A stretch of 64,000 nucleotides of DNA, taken from positions 87,856,001 through 87,920,000 of the forward strand of contig NC_087436.1 in NCBI RefSeq assembly GCF_036321535.1, in the 5' to 3' direction. The number at the start of each line of letters is the position of its first letter. Positions within the stretch are counted from its first letter, which is position 1. Of this stretch, positions 40,506-53,367 are shown piece after piece. A program made the position numbers and the translations under genes. Under the pieces are notes generated by a model. The model did no database searches and had not been told where the DNA came from. It saw only the letters and a program-made list of their open reading frames with translations. The stretch is from Camelus dromedarius (Eukaryota).

Positions 40506-42239
40506 AAGAATGAGTGAGAGAGGGGTGGAGAAGAAGAGGAAGCTGAAACTCCAGCACACGCAAGAGCATGAGAGGAATTACACCAGTCTCTTGCAGGGCC
40601 CAGGAGGGCCTGAGATGGATGTGCTGGAGAGACAGGCAGGAGCTGAATCATGCAGGGCCCTGCTAATGAACTGGGATTGTGCCTGAGGACAGTGCAGGGC
40701 TAAGGAAATTGTTCAAGCTGGAGCCTGCTATGAGCGTTTTGGCGCTCTCTAAATCAGCCACATTTTTCATAACAGCGATAATCAACTTTGTGATCATGAG
40801 CCTGAGGCCCCGGGGGCTGCTGATGCACCGCCTAAGAAAGGCTCTTTCCAGTGACGTCTGCTTCTAGGGCCAACCATATTTCATCGTATCCTAATTCTTT
40901 TGAGAAGTGATAAATCCTTTGTGGGAGGGACTCATGTCTTATCTTTTTTATCTCTGAAAATGCCCAGAACCATTCATGGGCACCTCAGATTTGCCCAACC
41001 AGTACCAAGTGATGAATTCATATAATCTGTGTGCATGGCATATTGGTAATTTCTAGTTATTTAAGACAATTAACAGGAACATTCTGGTGAAAAGTAGAAA
41101 TGAGGGTGGGGACAAAGACTTAATTGTAGCAAGATGTTAACAGGACAAATACCCTTAGCATATTTGTTGGAAGTTAAACTTCGGTGTAACAAAGGGCTGT
41201 TCGTTTTTGTCACAGAACCAATTAGAAACCTATTCCTTTCAGACCACGAGATGGCAGGGGGTTAGTTCTGACTTCTGATAACACAAAGTAAAATTAGCAA
41301 TAGAACTGCATCCCCTTTCATTTGGCGGGGGGAGGGGTGAAAAGAAAGCAGTGAATCACATGGAGGAACTGGGGGACAGAGATCTGGCGGATCTCTGGGC
41401 AAACACCAATTCTCTAAAACAACAGCATCCTCACAGGCAGCCTTTGAACCCAGGCTCATTGATTCATTTACTCATTCAGCATATACTCATTCCTTCTTTA
41501 TTGGGTCCCACCAAATATGACATGCCAAGTATCCAATGGTGGGCAAAACACAGACCATCCTGTTCTGTACCTCATGAAGATGACAGTGGGGCAGGGACAC
41601 AGGCTTGAAAGGAATAAACACACCAGTAAGTATATAATAACATGATACATGCTGTCAAAGAGAAGGGAGACCCACTTTAGGCTGGGTGGGGGTTGAGGCA
41701 GGTCTTCCCAAGGAAGAGTCAGAGAAGGCTGAGTAGGGAAATGCCAAGACAAGACTGATGGGGAGAGGAGTCCAGCAGAAGGAAGCTCACCCAGGCCTCA
41801 GATGAGAAGAGCTGGGTGAACAGGAGGAACAGAAAGGAGGCCAGGTGGATGGCAGAGGGGCTGGCGAGGGGGATGAGGCCAGAGACACAGAGACCAATTA
41901 GGACAACAAGAAAAGGTGAGAAATGATGTGGGTCTTCCACGTGATCCCCAACCTCTCTTCCAACTCAACATACTCCATGAGTCCCAGTGACATGTCCCAG
42001 GGAGGAATCACAGCTTAGGTTGGGAGGTGTCATAATAGGTAGTAAAGGCACCCAGCAGCTCCCCCTACTGACAGAGGTTGGGAGCGGCAGAGAGGAAAGA
42101 ACATGGACAAAGAACAATGGAAAGAGAACGCTTGGGGGCCATGCGGCCCTGGCTTTGACTCCAGCTCCCAGTATGCCTTGCACAACTCAATTGCCTAGTT
42201 CACAGTACTCACCCTAAAGGGGAGTAGATAGGATTGCAT

Positions 42240-43510
42240 GCGGGTGGGTGAAATGGGTAAAGGGGGTCAAAGCTGCAAAATTCCAGTTATAAAATGAGTA
42301 AGTCATGGGAATATAATGTACAGCATAATGACTAGAGTTAACAATAATATATTTCATATTTGAAGGTTGCCAAGAGAGTGGTTCTTAAAGTTCTCATCTG
42401 GGTGTGGAGAAAAGGGACCCCTCCTACACTGCTGATGCGAATGCAGTTTGGTGCAGTCATTATGGAGAACAATATGGAGGTTCCATAAAATAAAATAAAA
42501 CAAAACTAAACTAAACTAAAACTAAAAATAGAGTTACCATATGAATCAGTAAATCCACTCCTGGGCATGTACCCTGAGGAAATTCTAATTCAAAAATACA
42601 CATGCACTCCAATGTTCATAGCAGCTCTATTTACAATAGCCAAGGCATAGCAACCTGTATATCCATTGGCAGATGACTGGATAAAGAAGATATGGTATAT
42701 ATATAATGGAATACTATTCAGCCATAAAAAGAACAAAATAATGCCATTTGCAGCAACATAGATGAACCTGGAGATTATCATACTAAGTGAAGTAAGTCAA
42801 ACAGAAAAAGATAAATATCCACTTATATGTGGAACCTAAAAAGTGATACAAATGAACTTATTTACAAAACAGAAACAGACTCACAGACATAGAAAATAAA
42901 CTTATGGTTACCAAAGGGGAAAGATGGGGAGGGATGAATGAGGAGTTTTGGATTTGCAGATACAAACTACTGTATATAAAATAGATAAACAACAAGGTCC
43001 TATTGTACAGCACAAGGAACTACATTCAATATATATATATATATATATATATACTTTTGCACGGGGGGAGGTAATTAGGTTTATTTATTTAGTTTTTCAG
43101 TGGAGGTACTGGAGTACTGGAGATTGAATCCAGGCTCTCCTGCATGCTAAGCATTCACTCTACCACTTAAGCTATACCCTCCCCAACTTAGTATCTTGTA
43201 ATAACTTACAATGAAAGAGAATATATATGTACGTATAACTGAATCATCATGCTTTACACCAGAAATTAACACAACATCGGAAATCAACTATACTTCAATT
43301 TTAAAAAATAAAATAAAAATAAAATTTTTTAAAAGTTCTCATCCCAAGGGGGAAAATTTTTTTGGTAACTATCGTGACTGGCTATTAATTAGACATACTG
43401 GTGATCATTTCACAAGGTATACAAATATCCAATCATTATGTTGTACACCTAAAAGTAATATAATGTTATATATCAATTATAACCTAAAAAAGAAAAAGAA
43501 AAAGAAAAGA
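42240..43510 (+). mobile_element. Nested stack: older L1MA 3' end interrupted by a younger L1 (42399-43331), which is interrupted by an antisense SINE
   Basis: TSD aaagttctcatc at 42387-42398 and 43332-43343; the older L1 resumes after it. Confidence 0.9.
43055..43184 (-). mobile_element. tRNA-Ala-derived SINE inside L1
   Basis: gggggaggtaattaggtttatttattt...gcatgctaagcattcactctaccacttaagctataccctcccc. Confidence 0.9.
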
Positions 43511-43769
43511 CTACAGGTAAGTGGATGTAGCCGCCTGGCCCTAGGAGGGTGTTCAGTAAATGGTGGTTGTTCTTACTGTGAGGAAAGTAGTTATTTGAAA
43601 GGCACGGAGGAGGTAGAATCCACCAGGTATCAGGACAAGACTTGGGAGCGGGGTGGGAGATTCTAGCAAGAGCGGGTTTCAGCCTGGGCAGTTGAGTGTG
43701 GGTGTGGTGCCACCAACAGAGAAGGGGGCTGCACGGTGGGGGATGGGGTGCACTTGTTGAGTGACTCAC

Positions 43770-44360
43770 CCGAGTAAGCGAGGAGCAGAGCGCCGCGGGG
43801 GCGGAGCCAGAGGAGGAAAGAGGCGGAAGAAAGCTCGCGAAAGAGAGGTGAGGGCGCGGGAAGCGAGCGAGCGCGGTAAGGGGACCACGGGCTCCGAGGG
43901 GCGCGAGGGGCGCGGGCGGGGGCGGGGGCGGGCGCCGGGAAGGCGGGGAGCATCCGGGCTGCAGCCGCGGCTGCGCGGGGAGGCGAGCTGAGCTCGGTGG
44001 GCGCCGGAGTTGCGGCCTACGAGGCGATCCTCAGCCCCATGGGGAGCACTCCCCCCCCTGGGAGAGGGGGTGACAGCGGGAAGGATGGCAAGGCAGGGGG
44101 GCCTCCTTGTCCGCGTTACTTCCCAAGTCCTCGGGAACAGAAGTAGTTGGCCTAGAATCGCCAATTCCAACCCCTCTGCGCTGGCCCGGTCTGAGGCTGA
44201 GCCTCGGGCAAGGGTCATGAGGCGGCCGGGCGGGGCGGGGGGAGCGGGGCACGGGGAGGGTGGTGGCGGATTCCTGCAAGCGGATTCCGGCTCCTCTCAC
44301 CCCAACTAGAAAGAGAAAGTGCAGTGACTCCTGTGGCTGTCGGTCCGTCACACGCACCCC
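43770..44360 (+). promoter_or_regulatory. OCIAD2: CpG island / promoter and non-coding first exon of OCIAD2
   Basis: The only strongly CpG/GC-rich segment in the window. AP-1 TGACTCA at 43762-43768, GC box GGGGCGGAG at ~43798-43806, tandem GGGCGG boxes at ~43914-43933. Candidate donors GAG|GTGAGG (43847/43848) and GCG|GTAAGG (43875/43876). Lies 2.4 kb upstream of the ATG-containing exon. Confidence 0.85.
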
Positions 44361-46289
44361 CCCCCCAATCCTGCTGAGCACCTCCTTCCCACTCACTGCC
44401 TGCTTGTCAGCGCTCCTACCACCCTACCCCCAACAACTGAAGAAGCAGAGGGACCCCAAACCAGGCTGAGCCAGGCTTGGTGGTGGGAGCTGCTCCGGGA
44501 AGGCAAGACCTTCAGGAGACTTGCTTAGATGTGGACCCGTGACTAATTGCGTGTGAAGGGACTTGACCACCAAAGCTGAGTTTTGGTATCTGTACTTCCT
44601 GACTTGAGGCAATGGCCTAACTAAGCCAAGATAATCTAATTTGGCCTTAGGTCAGCAAAGACTTTCTGGAGGTCCTCAAGAAATAGGGCACCTAGGGCTC
44701 TGACAGCTGCTCTTTACTGCTCACACACTGTGCTGGGTGCTGAGCTGCAGCAGTTGACTTACCCTCATCTCTAACCCTCATCCCCCACCCTCATCCCTCA
44801 TCCTCATCCCTCATCCTTGCAACAGCCCCTCAAGGTCCATTATCCACACTTAGCAGGTGAGAAAGCTGAGGCACAGACACTAAGTCACTTGCCCCAAAGC
44901 ACAGCGCTAGCAAGGAGTAGAGTCAGGATCTGGATCTGAACTCAGGTCTTTCTGATTCAGGAGATTCCACCGTAGGGCATCTTGCTGCCCCTACAATAAC
45001 ATTAGGCACATAGAGTGAAACTTGTTACAGCTACATGTTCTCTTGGCTCATATTCCTGGCAGCTTAGTAGGATACAGAGTTGTGTATAAGATATTCATTT
45101 TGCAGGGAAATCTGTGGTTGTCATGGAGTCCAGGGCTGCAGAGTGCAGTGGCCATTGCCCAGTAGGGTAGGGGTTGTAGGGTTCATGGTCCACCTGGACT
45201 ATATCCATCATTGCCAAATCTCTTTTCTGAGCCGTGTGACACCGATGGTTCATTCCCTCCTTCAGAAACTGCCTCCCCGTTGGATCAGCTATTCTTCTCA
45301 GTGATTTCCTTCATTTGTTATTTTTCTCTTCTCTTGTTGGTATTCCCTTAGCCTCAATGTTCACATTCTCCGGTACTCTTTTTGGACATTTTATTCATGT
45401 TTCCTACTTTACGTATCATCTCAATGGAAGCATCTCCCAAATTCATCTTTCCAGCCTACTCCTAATCTGTAACTCCAGACTCAAATCCTCAAATATTCTA
45501 ATCCCTCTTGGCTATTTCCAATGTACACCCCCGCAGGCACCCAAATACAGCATTTCCAGACTCAAATTTATCATCTCTGGCCTTCCCACGAGTGTCTTGG
45601 TCCAGGACTCTTCACTTCCTTGCCTGAACTATTACAGCACCTTCCTAACTGGCCTTCCTGCCCCTGGAGTCCATCCGCCTCCACAGACCCTCTTGAAAAC
45701 TCAGAGTCTCAGTCTTCAGATGGGACCAGAGAGAAACAGGCTTTTCTTTCTCAGTGCCCTGTTCGTGCCTCCAGGGAAGCCCTCTGCATGCTGGGTAACC
45801 GCTGACTTGTCTGTCTTCTCCTTTAGATTGCAAGTTCCTTTGGCACTGATTTTGTCTTTAACTTCGTTGTATCCCTTGGCCTGGCACATAATAGACACTC
45901 AGTAAATATTTGTGTAGTTAATGACCTCGTAATGAATTGAAACTTTTTTTAGGACACAATTTATAGGTCGTAAAACATTTCTCTGTGCCTAGTGCGGTAT
46001 TTCACCCCACTCTACATATGATGTGTCACCATTAGTGAGTTAATGGAGTTAATGTGTGTGTGTGTGTTTGTGGGGGAGGAGCATTAGAAAGTGGATTTGC
46101 AGGTGGTTGGAGATAAGACTAAGGACAAAATGAAAATAAGTTTTCCAAATAGGTGAGTTGATCCTAAAGGTGTTTTTATGTTTGACATAAACACTCAGTC
46201 ATGGCATGGTGACCTCTCTTTCACTTCCCTTAGACATCGGGTCAACAAGGAAGCTGAGTCCACTCAACTAGAAAAGAAGCAAAGTCATC

Positions 46290-46355
46290 ATGGCTTCAGT
46301 GTCTACTCATGGAAACGAAGACAAAGGTCCCCATTTGCCACCACCAAGCAAGCAG
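46290..46355 (+). CDS. OCIAD2: OCIA domain-containing protein 2, coding exon 1 (MASVSTHGNEDKGPHLPPPSKQ)
   Basis: Acceptor ...ttcccttag at 46233 (exon starts 46234); strong Kozak atcATGG; donor CAG|GTATAT at 46356; 66 nt, phase 0. The peptide resembles the mammalian OCIAD2 N-terminus. Confidence 0.95.
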
Positions 46356-47734
46356 GTATATTATTAATTTGAAAGTCTGCCGTCATACAAAACTTTCCTT
46401 AAGCCTCATCCTTGACCAGTCATCTTAACTTTTTCCATTCTAGCACGTTGTTAGATGGGTTCAGGGAAAAGGGAAGGAAAGTGTGTTTTTGGCCAGCTTG
46501 CAAAGGAGCCTTTTACATTTTTATTTACAATATCCTTTCTTTACTCTTCCCTGTTTAGAATCCAGCTTAACTAACTCTTATACAGTCTGTCAGTGACTGA
46601 AGAGGTTTCCTTTAGCAGAGCAAAACTCTTGCTTGAATCTAACAGAATGAAACACGATGCGTGTATTTTACATTTTTGTTACCAAGGCTAATCATACTGT
46701 GTGCTGCTGACAGGTGTTCCTGTTCAGGATAGCAGAGACCTTAACTACTAAATTAGCCATCAGATTGAAAACCCAAGTGTTACCAGGGGCACACTTTTTT
46801 AACTTGTTAAGAATGAATATTATGCGTTTCAGGGACACATAATTGAAGAAGAGAGAAAGTATTGTGCTGGGTAAATAGAGTTTGTGTTCTCTGGGGTCGA
46901 CTTTTCAAGCTAAAAATGGGTTATGGAGGAGATGATGTTTAAGGAGCAAAGTTTAGGCAAACAGACAAATGATATCAAATCACAAGGAAAAGAGTCTAGA
47001 CACCTGAGTTGCCTCTGAGAAACAGAGAGCCATAAAACATGTATGGCTCTACAGAAAAGGCTCGCCAGATCTCCCCAGGAACACTCTGGTGGGAGCTTTA
47101 GTCTTGACTGCAGGACTCATAGCAGTGGTAATGGTCGGGGTCCCTGACCTGGGATGTGTATATATGTGTGTGTGTTTGCTGGAGGGGAGGGAGGGAGGTG
47201 TTCCTTATTTCTGCTGCAGCCACAAGCAGAACCAAGAAGAGATATTTACACTGGGATAAGGAGGAGTGCTTGCTGAGGAATTAACGTAACTGGAGCGTAA
47301 GAATAGCTCCTTCTCTGGTCGCTGTGACTCACCCTGACCACCACCTCCATGTATTGTGCTGTGGGGAGCTGTACAGAAAGAAGAGGGAGGCTGCCTGCTT
47401 GGGTCATTTGGGGAGCTCTGAAGGCACAGGCACCACAGAGTCCTTCCACCTTGTCATCACACATGTAAAGTGCTTGGCACCGTGCCTGGCCCACAGGAAG
47501 GTGCTCAAGAAATGGTGACCACTATCCACACTGACATCCCCTGCAAACAAGGAGTCCAAAAACAACATTAGCAAAATCTTCAAGGTGAATTTCAAAAGCC
47601 AAAGAGTTGCACCTCAACAGGAAAAACACAAAGACTCCCAGAGATAAGTGGCAGAGGACCTACATAAGAAATTCACAGACAAGGAAATACAAGTGTGACT
47701 TTTAGAGTAAGGAAAAGTTAAATAACAAAAAAAA

Positions 47735-48838
47735 TTTTTAAGTGAATGAATCATCCACAGAATGGGAAAAATTATTTACAAATCATATATCTGATAAGGG
47801 TCTAGTATCCAGAATATATAAAGAGCTCTTAGATCTCAACAGCAAAATGATAACGCAATTTAAAAATGGGCAAAGGGCTTAATAGCAATTTCTCCAAAGA
47901 AGATGTATAAATGGCCAATAAGCAAATGAAAAGGTGCTGAATGTTATTAATCAGTAGGGAAGTGCAAAGCAAAACCACAGTGAAATACCATTTCATACCC
48001 ACTAGCATGGCCATAGTGAAAAACAAACAATGTAGTTAATTTAGTTTAAATTAAATAATTTATATTAAAAAATTTAATGTGCTGGAGGGAGGGTATAGCT
48101 CAGTGGCAGAGTGCATGCTTAGCATGCATGAGGTCCTGGGTTCAACCCCCAGTACCTCATTAAAAAAAATTAATGTGCTAATATGAAAAAAAATAAGCAA
48201 AACAGAAAATAAACATTGACAAGGATATGGAAAAATTGGAAACCTCATACATTGTTGATGGGATTGTAAAATGGTGCAGCTACTATGGAAAAAGTTTGGT
48301 AATTCCTCAGTAAGTTAAACAGAGTTACCGTATGGCCCAGCAGAACTGATTACAAGTGTTCAAACAAAAACCTGTACAAGAATGTTTATAGCAGCATTAT
48401 TCACAATAGCCAAAAGGTGGAAACAACCCAGATGTCCATCAATGGATGAATGGATAAACAAAATGAGTTATATTTATATATTATTGAGCCATAAAAAGAT
48501 GGATACATGCTACAACGTGGATGAACCTTGGAAACATTATGCAAAGGAAGAGAAGCCAGCCACAGAAGTTTACACGTTGTGGATATTGTTTATATAAAAT
48601 ATCCAGAAGAGGCAAATCCATACAGACAGAAAACAGATTGGTAGTTTCCAGGGGGTTGGAGGGAGGGGGGAATGGGGAGAGACTCCTTAATGAGTATGGA
48701 ATTTCCTTTTGGGGTGATGAAAAAGTTCTGGACCTAGATGGGGGTGATGGTTGCACAACATGGTGGATGTACTTAATGCCATGAATGGTATACTTTAAAA
48801 TGGTAAATATTATGTGTATTTTACCACATTACAAAATT
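47735..48838 (+). mobile_element. L1MB-like 3' region in an OCIAD2 intron
   Basis: ORF 48382 MFIAALFTIAKRWKQPRCPSMDEWINKM; 3' UTR ttttggggtgatgaaaaagttctgga. Confidence 0.9.
48084..48169 (+). mobile_element. tRNA-Ala-derived SINE inserted in L1MB
   Basis: TSD ttaatgtgct at 48074-48083 and 48170-48179. Confidence 0.92.
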
Positions 48839-50308
48839 AATGAACTACTGAATAACAAATTGTTATACCCCAGACCCAGTTACAGGGATTGCCTTAACAC
48901 TGGAGAAGGACAGTCTGGCTGGAGAATATGCAGAGATGCTCAAACACATTAGTTGTCAGATAATAAGATACTACTTTCTACCTATTAGACTGTTAAATTT
49001 TAGAAAACCGGACAATGCCAAGAGTGATAAAACCGTTCTTTTACTCTAACCTGCTTGGAATCCAGCTTAGCTAGCTCCCATGCAGGGTCTGTAGGCATAG
49101 AGAGGGACGTTAGTACCCTGCCTCTGGGAGTGGATACTGGTGCGGCCCTTGGGGAGCGCACTCTAGCAAGACTTTGTCACATTGGGAATATGCATCCCTA
49201 TATTTTACTTCTCAAAATATATCTGAAAGATGTTCTCATGTGGGTCTATAAGGGGGGTATTTGGCAGTGGGGACTTGGAAGCATCCTGGAGAATCATGCA
49301 GCAGTTAGAAACAGTGGACTCGATAGATATCATAATGAAGATGGATCTTAAAAGCATAGAGCTGAGTTGAAAACATCTTTAAAAATAAAACTAAATATAT
49401 AAAACAATGCCATTTGCAGTAAGAAATGCATGCACCCAAAACAATGAACATTTTGCAAGCATACATACAAGCAAAAGAGCTACATTAAACACCCAGAATA
49501 GCAGTGATGGGCAGAGGATGAGAATGGAGAAGGTGGGTAAGAGTAAATGAATAGTACACACATACCTACCAACAAGGAGGGATCATAAAAGATGAGAGTC
49601 CAGATTATAGCATATCAACTTATTAAAAAAAAATACTCTAGAACTAGTGAAAATAATCATGTCAACCATGTCAATAGTTCCACCAGAAATTATGTGCAGA
49701 CCATTTATAAATGTGTAAAAAAATACTGTTAAGATAGAAAGTAAGCTATGTAGAAAAATAAAAAGCAGTCTGTTGCTGCTTTTTAGACTATGGTTGCACA
49801 TAGTCTAAAAATGCACGTAAAGTGTAACTAGGTAAATTGGAATTCAGATATAGATAACTTGTAATACACTGCTCTGAGTGTGATTCCCAGGTGTGTAAAT
49901 ATTATGCTCTAGAGGAAGTCTCTTCACCCAGGAAGTAACCTTGAACTGGGTCTTACAGAGACCAGGAGGCAAAAGGAGTGAGTGGTATTGCAGGGTAAGA
50001 AAGAAAGGCTGGAGGTAAGAAAGAAAATGTGTCCCCAGCAGTAATGCATTCCAACCAGATACCTGCTCCATGCTCACTGGTCAGTGAATCACTCTTTGCC
50101 TCTCCAACTGAGGTTCTTTTCTTGCTTAAGTCCATCCAGCATTTGCAGCTGGCAGGCACCGGCTGAAGCTGGCCATAGCTCTGGGCTGGCAGCCAGGACA
50201 GAATGCATGCTGTGTGACCAGAGTGGAGACCTCCTCACCCTCCAGAGAAAACAGAGCGGATGCTTTTCTCATGATTTCTGTCAACTTACCATGTAACTTT
50301 CCTTGCAG

Positions 50309-50405
50309 AGTCTGTTGTTTTGTCCAAAATCAAAACTGCACATCCACAGAGCAGAGATTTCAAAGATTATCCGGGAATGTCAAGAAGAAAGTTTCTGGAA
50401 GAGAG
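50309..50405 (+). CDS. OCIAD2: OCIAD2 coding exon 2 (SLLFCPKSKLHIHRAEISKIIRECQEESFWKR)
   Basis: Acceptor tttccttgcag, donor GAG|GTAATT, 97 nt. Carries the OCIA-domain motif RECQEESFWKR. Confidence 0.97.
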
Positions 50406-51234
50406 GTAATTGTACCCCTCTTAATCTTTGTTAACACTATTTGCTGCAATAAACTGCCTACGTATCATATTAGAATTATGGAAATGATATGTTTTTGTAC
50501 AGGGACTTTGCAAATTCCTTGAAGAAGATTCCTATCTGAGGCTGTTTGGAATTTGAATCCATGCTGAGACCCTTTTAAGGGCAGGGATAATATCTGATTT
50601 AGGAGCAGTTTACATCCCTTACCAAAAAGTGATGCACACGTGACACTTCCCTTCGTGTGACCAAGAATGTGTACCATGAGTGTTATTTAGAATTTCTTAA
50701 AAAGTAGAGCTTCCTGAATTCCACTAGGCTCTAACCTTCATCAAGTTTAGAAATGATGTCAAGTTCATCGCTCCCTCTCAGAGCCAAGCACAGTGCTTTA
50801 CATATAAAAAGACCTTCTCAAATATTTGTGGAATGAATGAAAAGTGGCAGCATTCTATTAATATTTCTCTTACAGTGTCTTAAAATAATCTTTTCTGCTG
50901 AATCTTTTCCTCTTTCGGGGCCTGCTTTGTATAAGAGAAGGGTGTGAATTCAGGCATTGCATTAAGGTCTCTTCCAATTAAAAAAATTCATGATTTGGCA
51001 TTTGAAAATGTCATAATAGGGCCTGTAGATACAGTCCCAGTACTTTGCAATAGTGCTGGCATAGACATAATTTATACTTTGAAGTACTCGCTTTGATTTT
51101 GTAAATCATTCAAATCCAGTATCAATTGTTTTTGGAAGTAACACTTTTTAGAAGTTGATATGCACTATGTACTACTGGTTATAGATCGTGCTGCTGGGAA
51201 GTCTTTTTTGACAACCTATGAGTAAGTAATTTAG

Positions 51235-51368
51235 TTTTTTTTTTTTGATGGGGGGAGGTCATTAGATTTATTTGTTTAATTACTTTTTTAATGGAGGTAC
51301 TGGGGATTGAACCCAGGACCTCAAGCATGCTAAGCATGCACTCTATCACTTGAGCTATCCCCTCCACC
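51235..51368 (-). mobile_element. tRNA-Ala-derived SINE
   Basis: Antisense body; imperfect TSD tg(a/g)gt(a/g)agtaattta. Confidence 0.9.
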
Positions 51369-52114
51369 TGGGTGAGTAATTTAATTAAGCCCTAGTAGTT
51401 TAACATTTCAGTGTGACCCACTTGCCTCTCTCATCAGGTAGATCTGAGAGGAGGAATTGATTCTATTTGATTTGTCATGGTTGCCAAGAGGAGCTAGATG
51501 TTTATCACTGCTCTTTGCTTTGGGAAGAAGTCGTTTGACGCATTTTGACAGAACTAGAAAGTGCCTTTGTCAGAGGAACTTGCCTGTTTTTAAAAATCAT
51601 TGCTAAACATTGCCCGTGTGAATGTAGTAATCTTCAGAAGATAGACTTACCCAAATTGTGTCACAAAACATCATAAAAGACAAAAGCAGAGAATTATCCT
51701 AGATAGGGTATGCAATTTATTGTACTTTTTAATAAAACTTTTATGTAGGATTGAAAATTTCAAAGTATATAGCTAGCAGCAACTCCCAAATTCAACAGCA
51801 AAGTCCACACACATGAAGAGGCCCATGGGTATGCAGTGATCAGGACCAGATGCGTGATGGGTGTTGGAGATGGAGTTGCAGTTGCGTGGGGTTTAGGTTT
51901 TGTCACATTACTGCTATGTCAGGCTGAGTGCCTGGGGCAGACCCCAGGAAAATTCTCCATGCTGTGCTCAACAAATATTTGTTGAATAGTAACAAATGAC
52001 TAAACTCCCACTGCCAAGGTAGGCTGAGAAAACACTCAGAGTCATTCTCCCTGACTTCTAGGTGAGGTGCCAAGTTTTAAAACAGCAATATTGAAGGGCG
52101 TTTTTGTTTTACAG

Positions 52115-52168
52115 CTCTGCCTTTTTCTCTCGTAAGCATGCTTGTCACCCAAGGACTGGTCCACCAAG
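52115..52168 (+). CDS. OCIAD2: OCIAD2 coding exon 3 (ALPFSLVSMLVTQGLVHQ)
   Basis: Acceptor tttttgttttacag, donor AAG|GTAAAA, 54 nt, phase 1-1. Hydrophobic segment, in frame with neighbouring exons. Confidence 0.97.
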
Positions 52169-52339
52169 GTAAAATTCAGTATTTGTTACATAATTTAACT
52201 TAAGAGAATCTAGTTTTCACTGGCCCTCCTAGCAATCTTTGGTTCTTGGCGTTTATTTTTTTGGTGAAGGATTTATTCATGCAGGCTTTTGCCTTCTTCT
52301 AGCCTACGTCCCCCTCTCCCCCTCCTCCTGTTCTGCAGA

Positions 52340-52971
52340 ATGGGAGATTATGTTAGGTTATGTAGCAAAGGGAAATTAAATTTGCAAATGGAATTAAGGT
52401 TGCTAATCAGCTGACCTTAAAATAGGATTATCCAGATGGGCTCAATATAATCAAAAGGGTCCTTAACAATGAGAGTGGATCAGAAGACAGAACCAGAGAG
52501 ATGGCAAAATGAGAAAGACTCAGCTCAACCTTACTGACTCTGAAGATGGAGGAAGGGGTCACAAGTCAAGGAATGAGTGGCTTCTAGAAGCTGGAAAGGC
52601 AAGAAACCCTAGAGCCTCCAGGCAGATCTGTCGACACCTTGATTTAGCCCTGTGCTATGGTCTGAATGTTTGTGTCCCTCCAGATTCACGTATTGGAATT
52701 CTAAAGCCCCGGGTGATGGTATTAGGAGGTGGGGCCTTTGGAGGTGATCAGGACTTGAGGGTGGAGCCCACATGAATGGGGTTAGTGCTCTTATAGAAGA
52801 GGCCCTACATGTTACAGCAGCTCAAATGGACTAGAGCACCCAGTGAGACCCATTTTGAGCTTCTGGCCTCCAAAACTGTAATGTAATGTGTTGGATTTGT
52901 GTTGTTGTAAACCATTGTGGTAATTTGTTAGAACAGCCACAGGAAAGGAGTGCAGCCACAGGAAAGGAGTA
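52340..52971 (+). mobile_element. MLT1C/D-like LTR with an inserted MLT1A/MST-like LTR (~52653-52838)
   Basis: ggaattaaggttgctaatcagctgacctt...caccttgatttagcc [tgctatggtctgaatgtttgtgtccc...ggactagagca] cccagtgagacccattttg. Confidence 0.8.
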
Positions 52972-53367
52972 CAAGACTCTCTGTACCAGAGTCCCTGTTA
53001 TGGTTAGATTGTTCCCTGCACAAGGGTGCTCCCGGGAGGAGGTGAGCGGGGCTGAATCCACCCAAGCTCTGTCCATCAAGCCGCTTGTCCTGACGAGAGG
53101 CTGCATCAGGAAGGGCGCCCTGTCTAACGTGTGCAATAGATCGTGGGGACTGGTCGCCTCCCTGCATCTCCCACATGACCTCTCCCTGCCTCAGCGTTTT
53201 CCAGTGTTCCCCTCTGTTCTTCCTTCCTTGCTCTCTTCTTTCTCTCTGACTCCGTCTAACCAGACTGCATCTAACCAGAGAGTGCACAGGCACTGCTGAG
53301 TCTCTCGACAAGGCACATGACCCTGTTGAAGGCTGTCACATTGAACACTGCTGATTACTAGGACTAT

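Noticed and set aside
1..43000. CWH43 exons, expected on this side by mammalian synteny
   Set aside because: I found no segment translating to CWH43-like peptide and no second CpG island; the gene probably starts beyond the left edge.
43663..44469. Several overlapping 70-150 aa ORFs
   Set aside because: Stop-codon scarcity in the GC-rich CpG island; no recognisable protein.
45315..45905. 196-aa ORF, the longest in the window (also 3206-3658)
   Set aside because: Non-ATG start, lies in pyrimidine-rich L2-like decayed sequence ending gcctggcacataatagacactcagtaaatatttg, inside OCIAD2 intron 1; no domain recognised.
48084..48160. tRNA-Ala(AGC)-like sequences (this and 11 other copies) as tRNA genes
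   Set aside because: They have TSDs, A-rich tails, extra 5' bases and scattered substitutions, which marks them as SINE copies.
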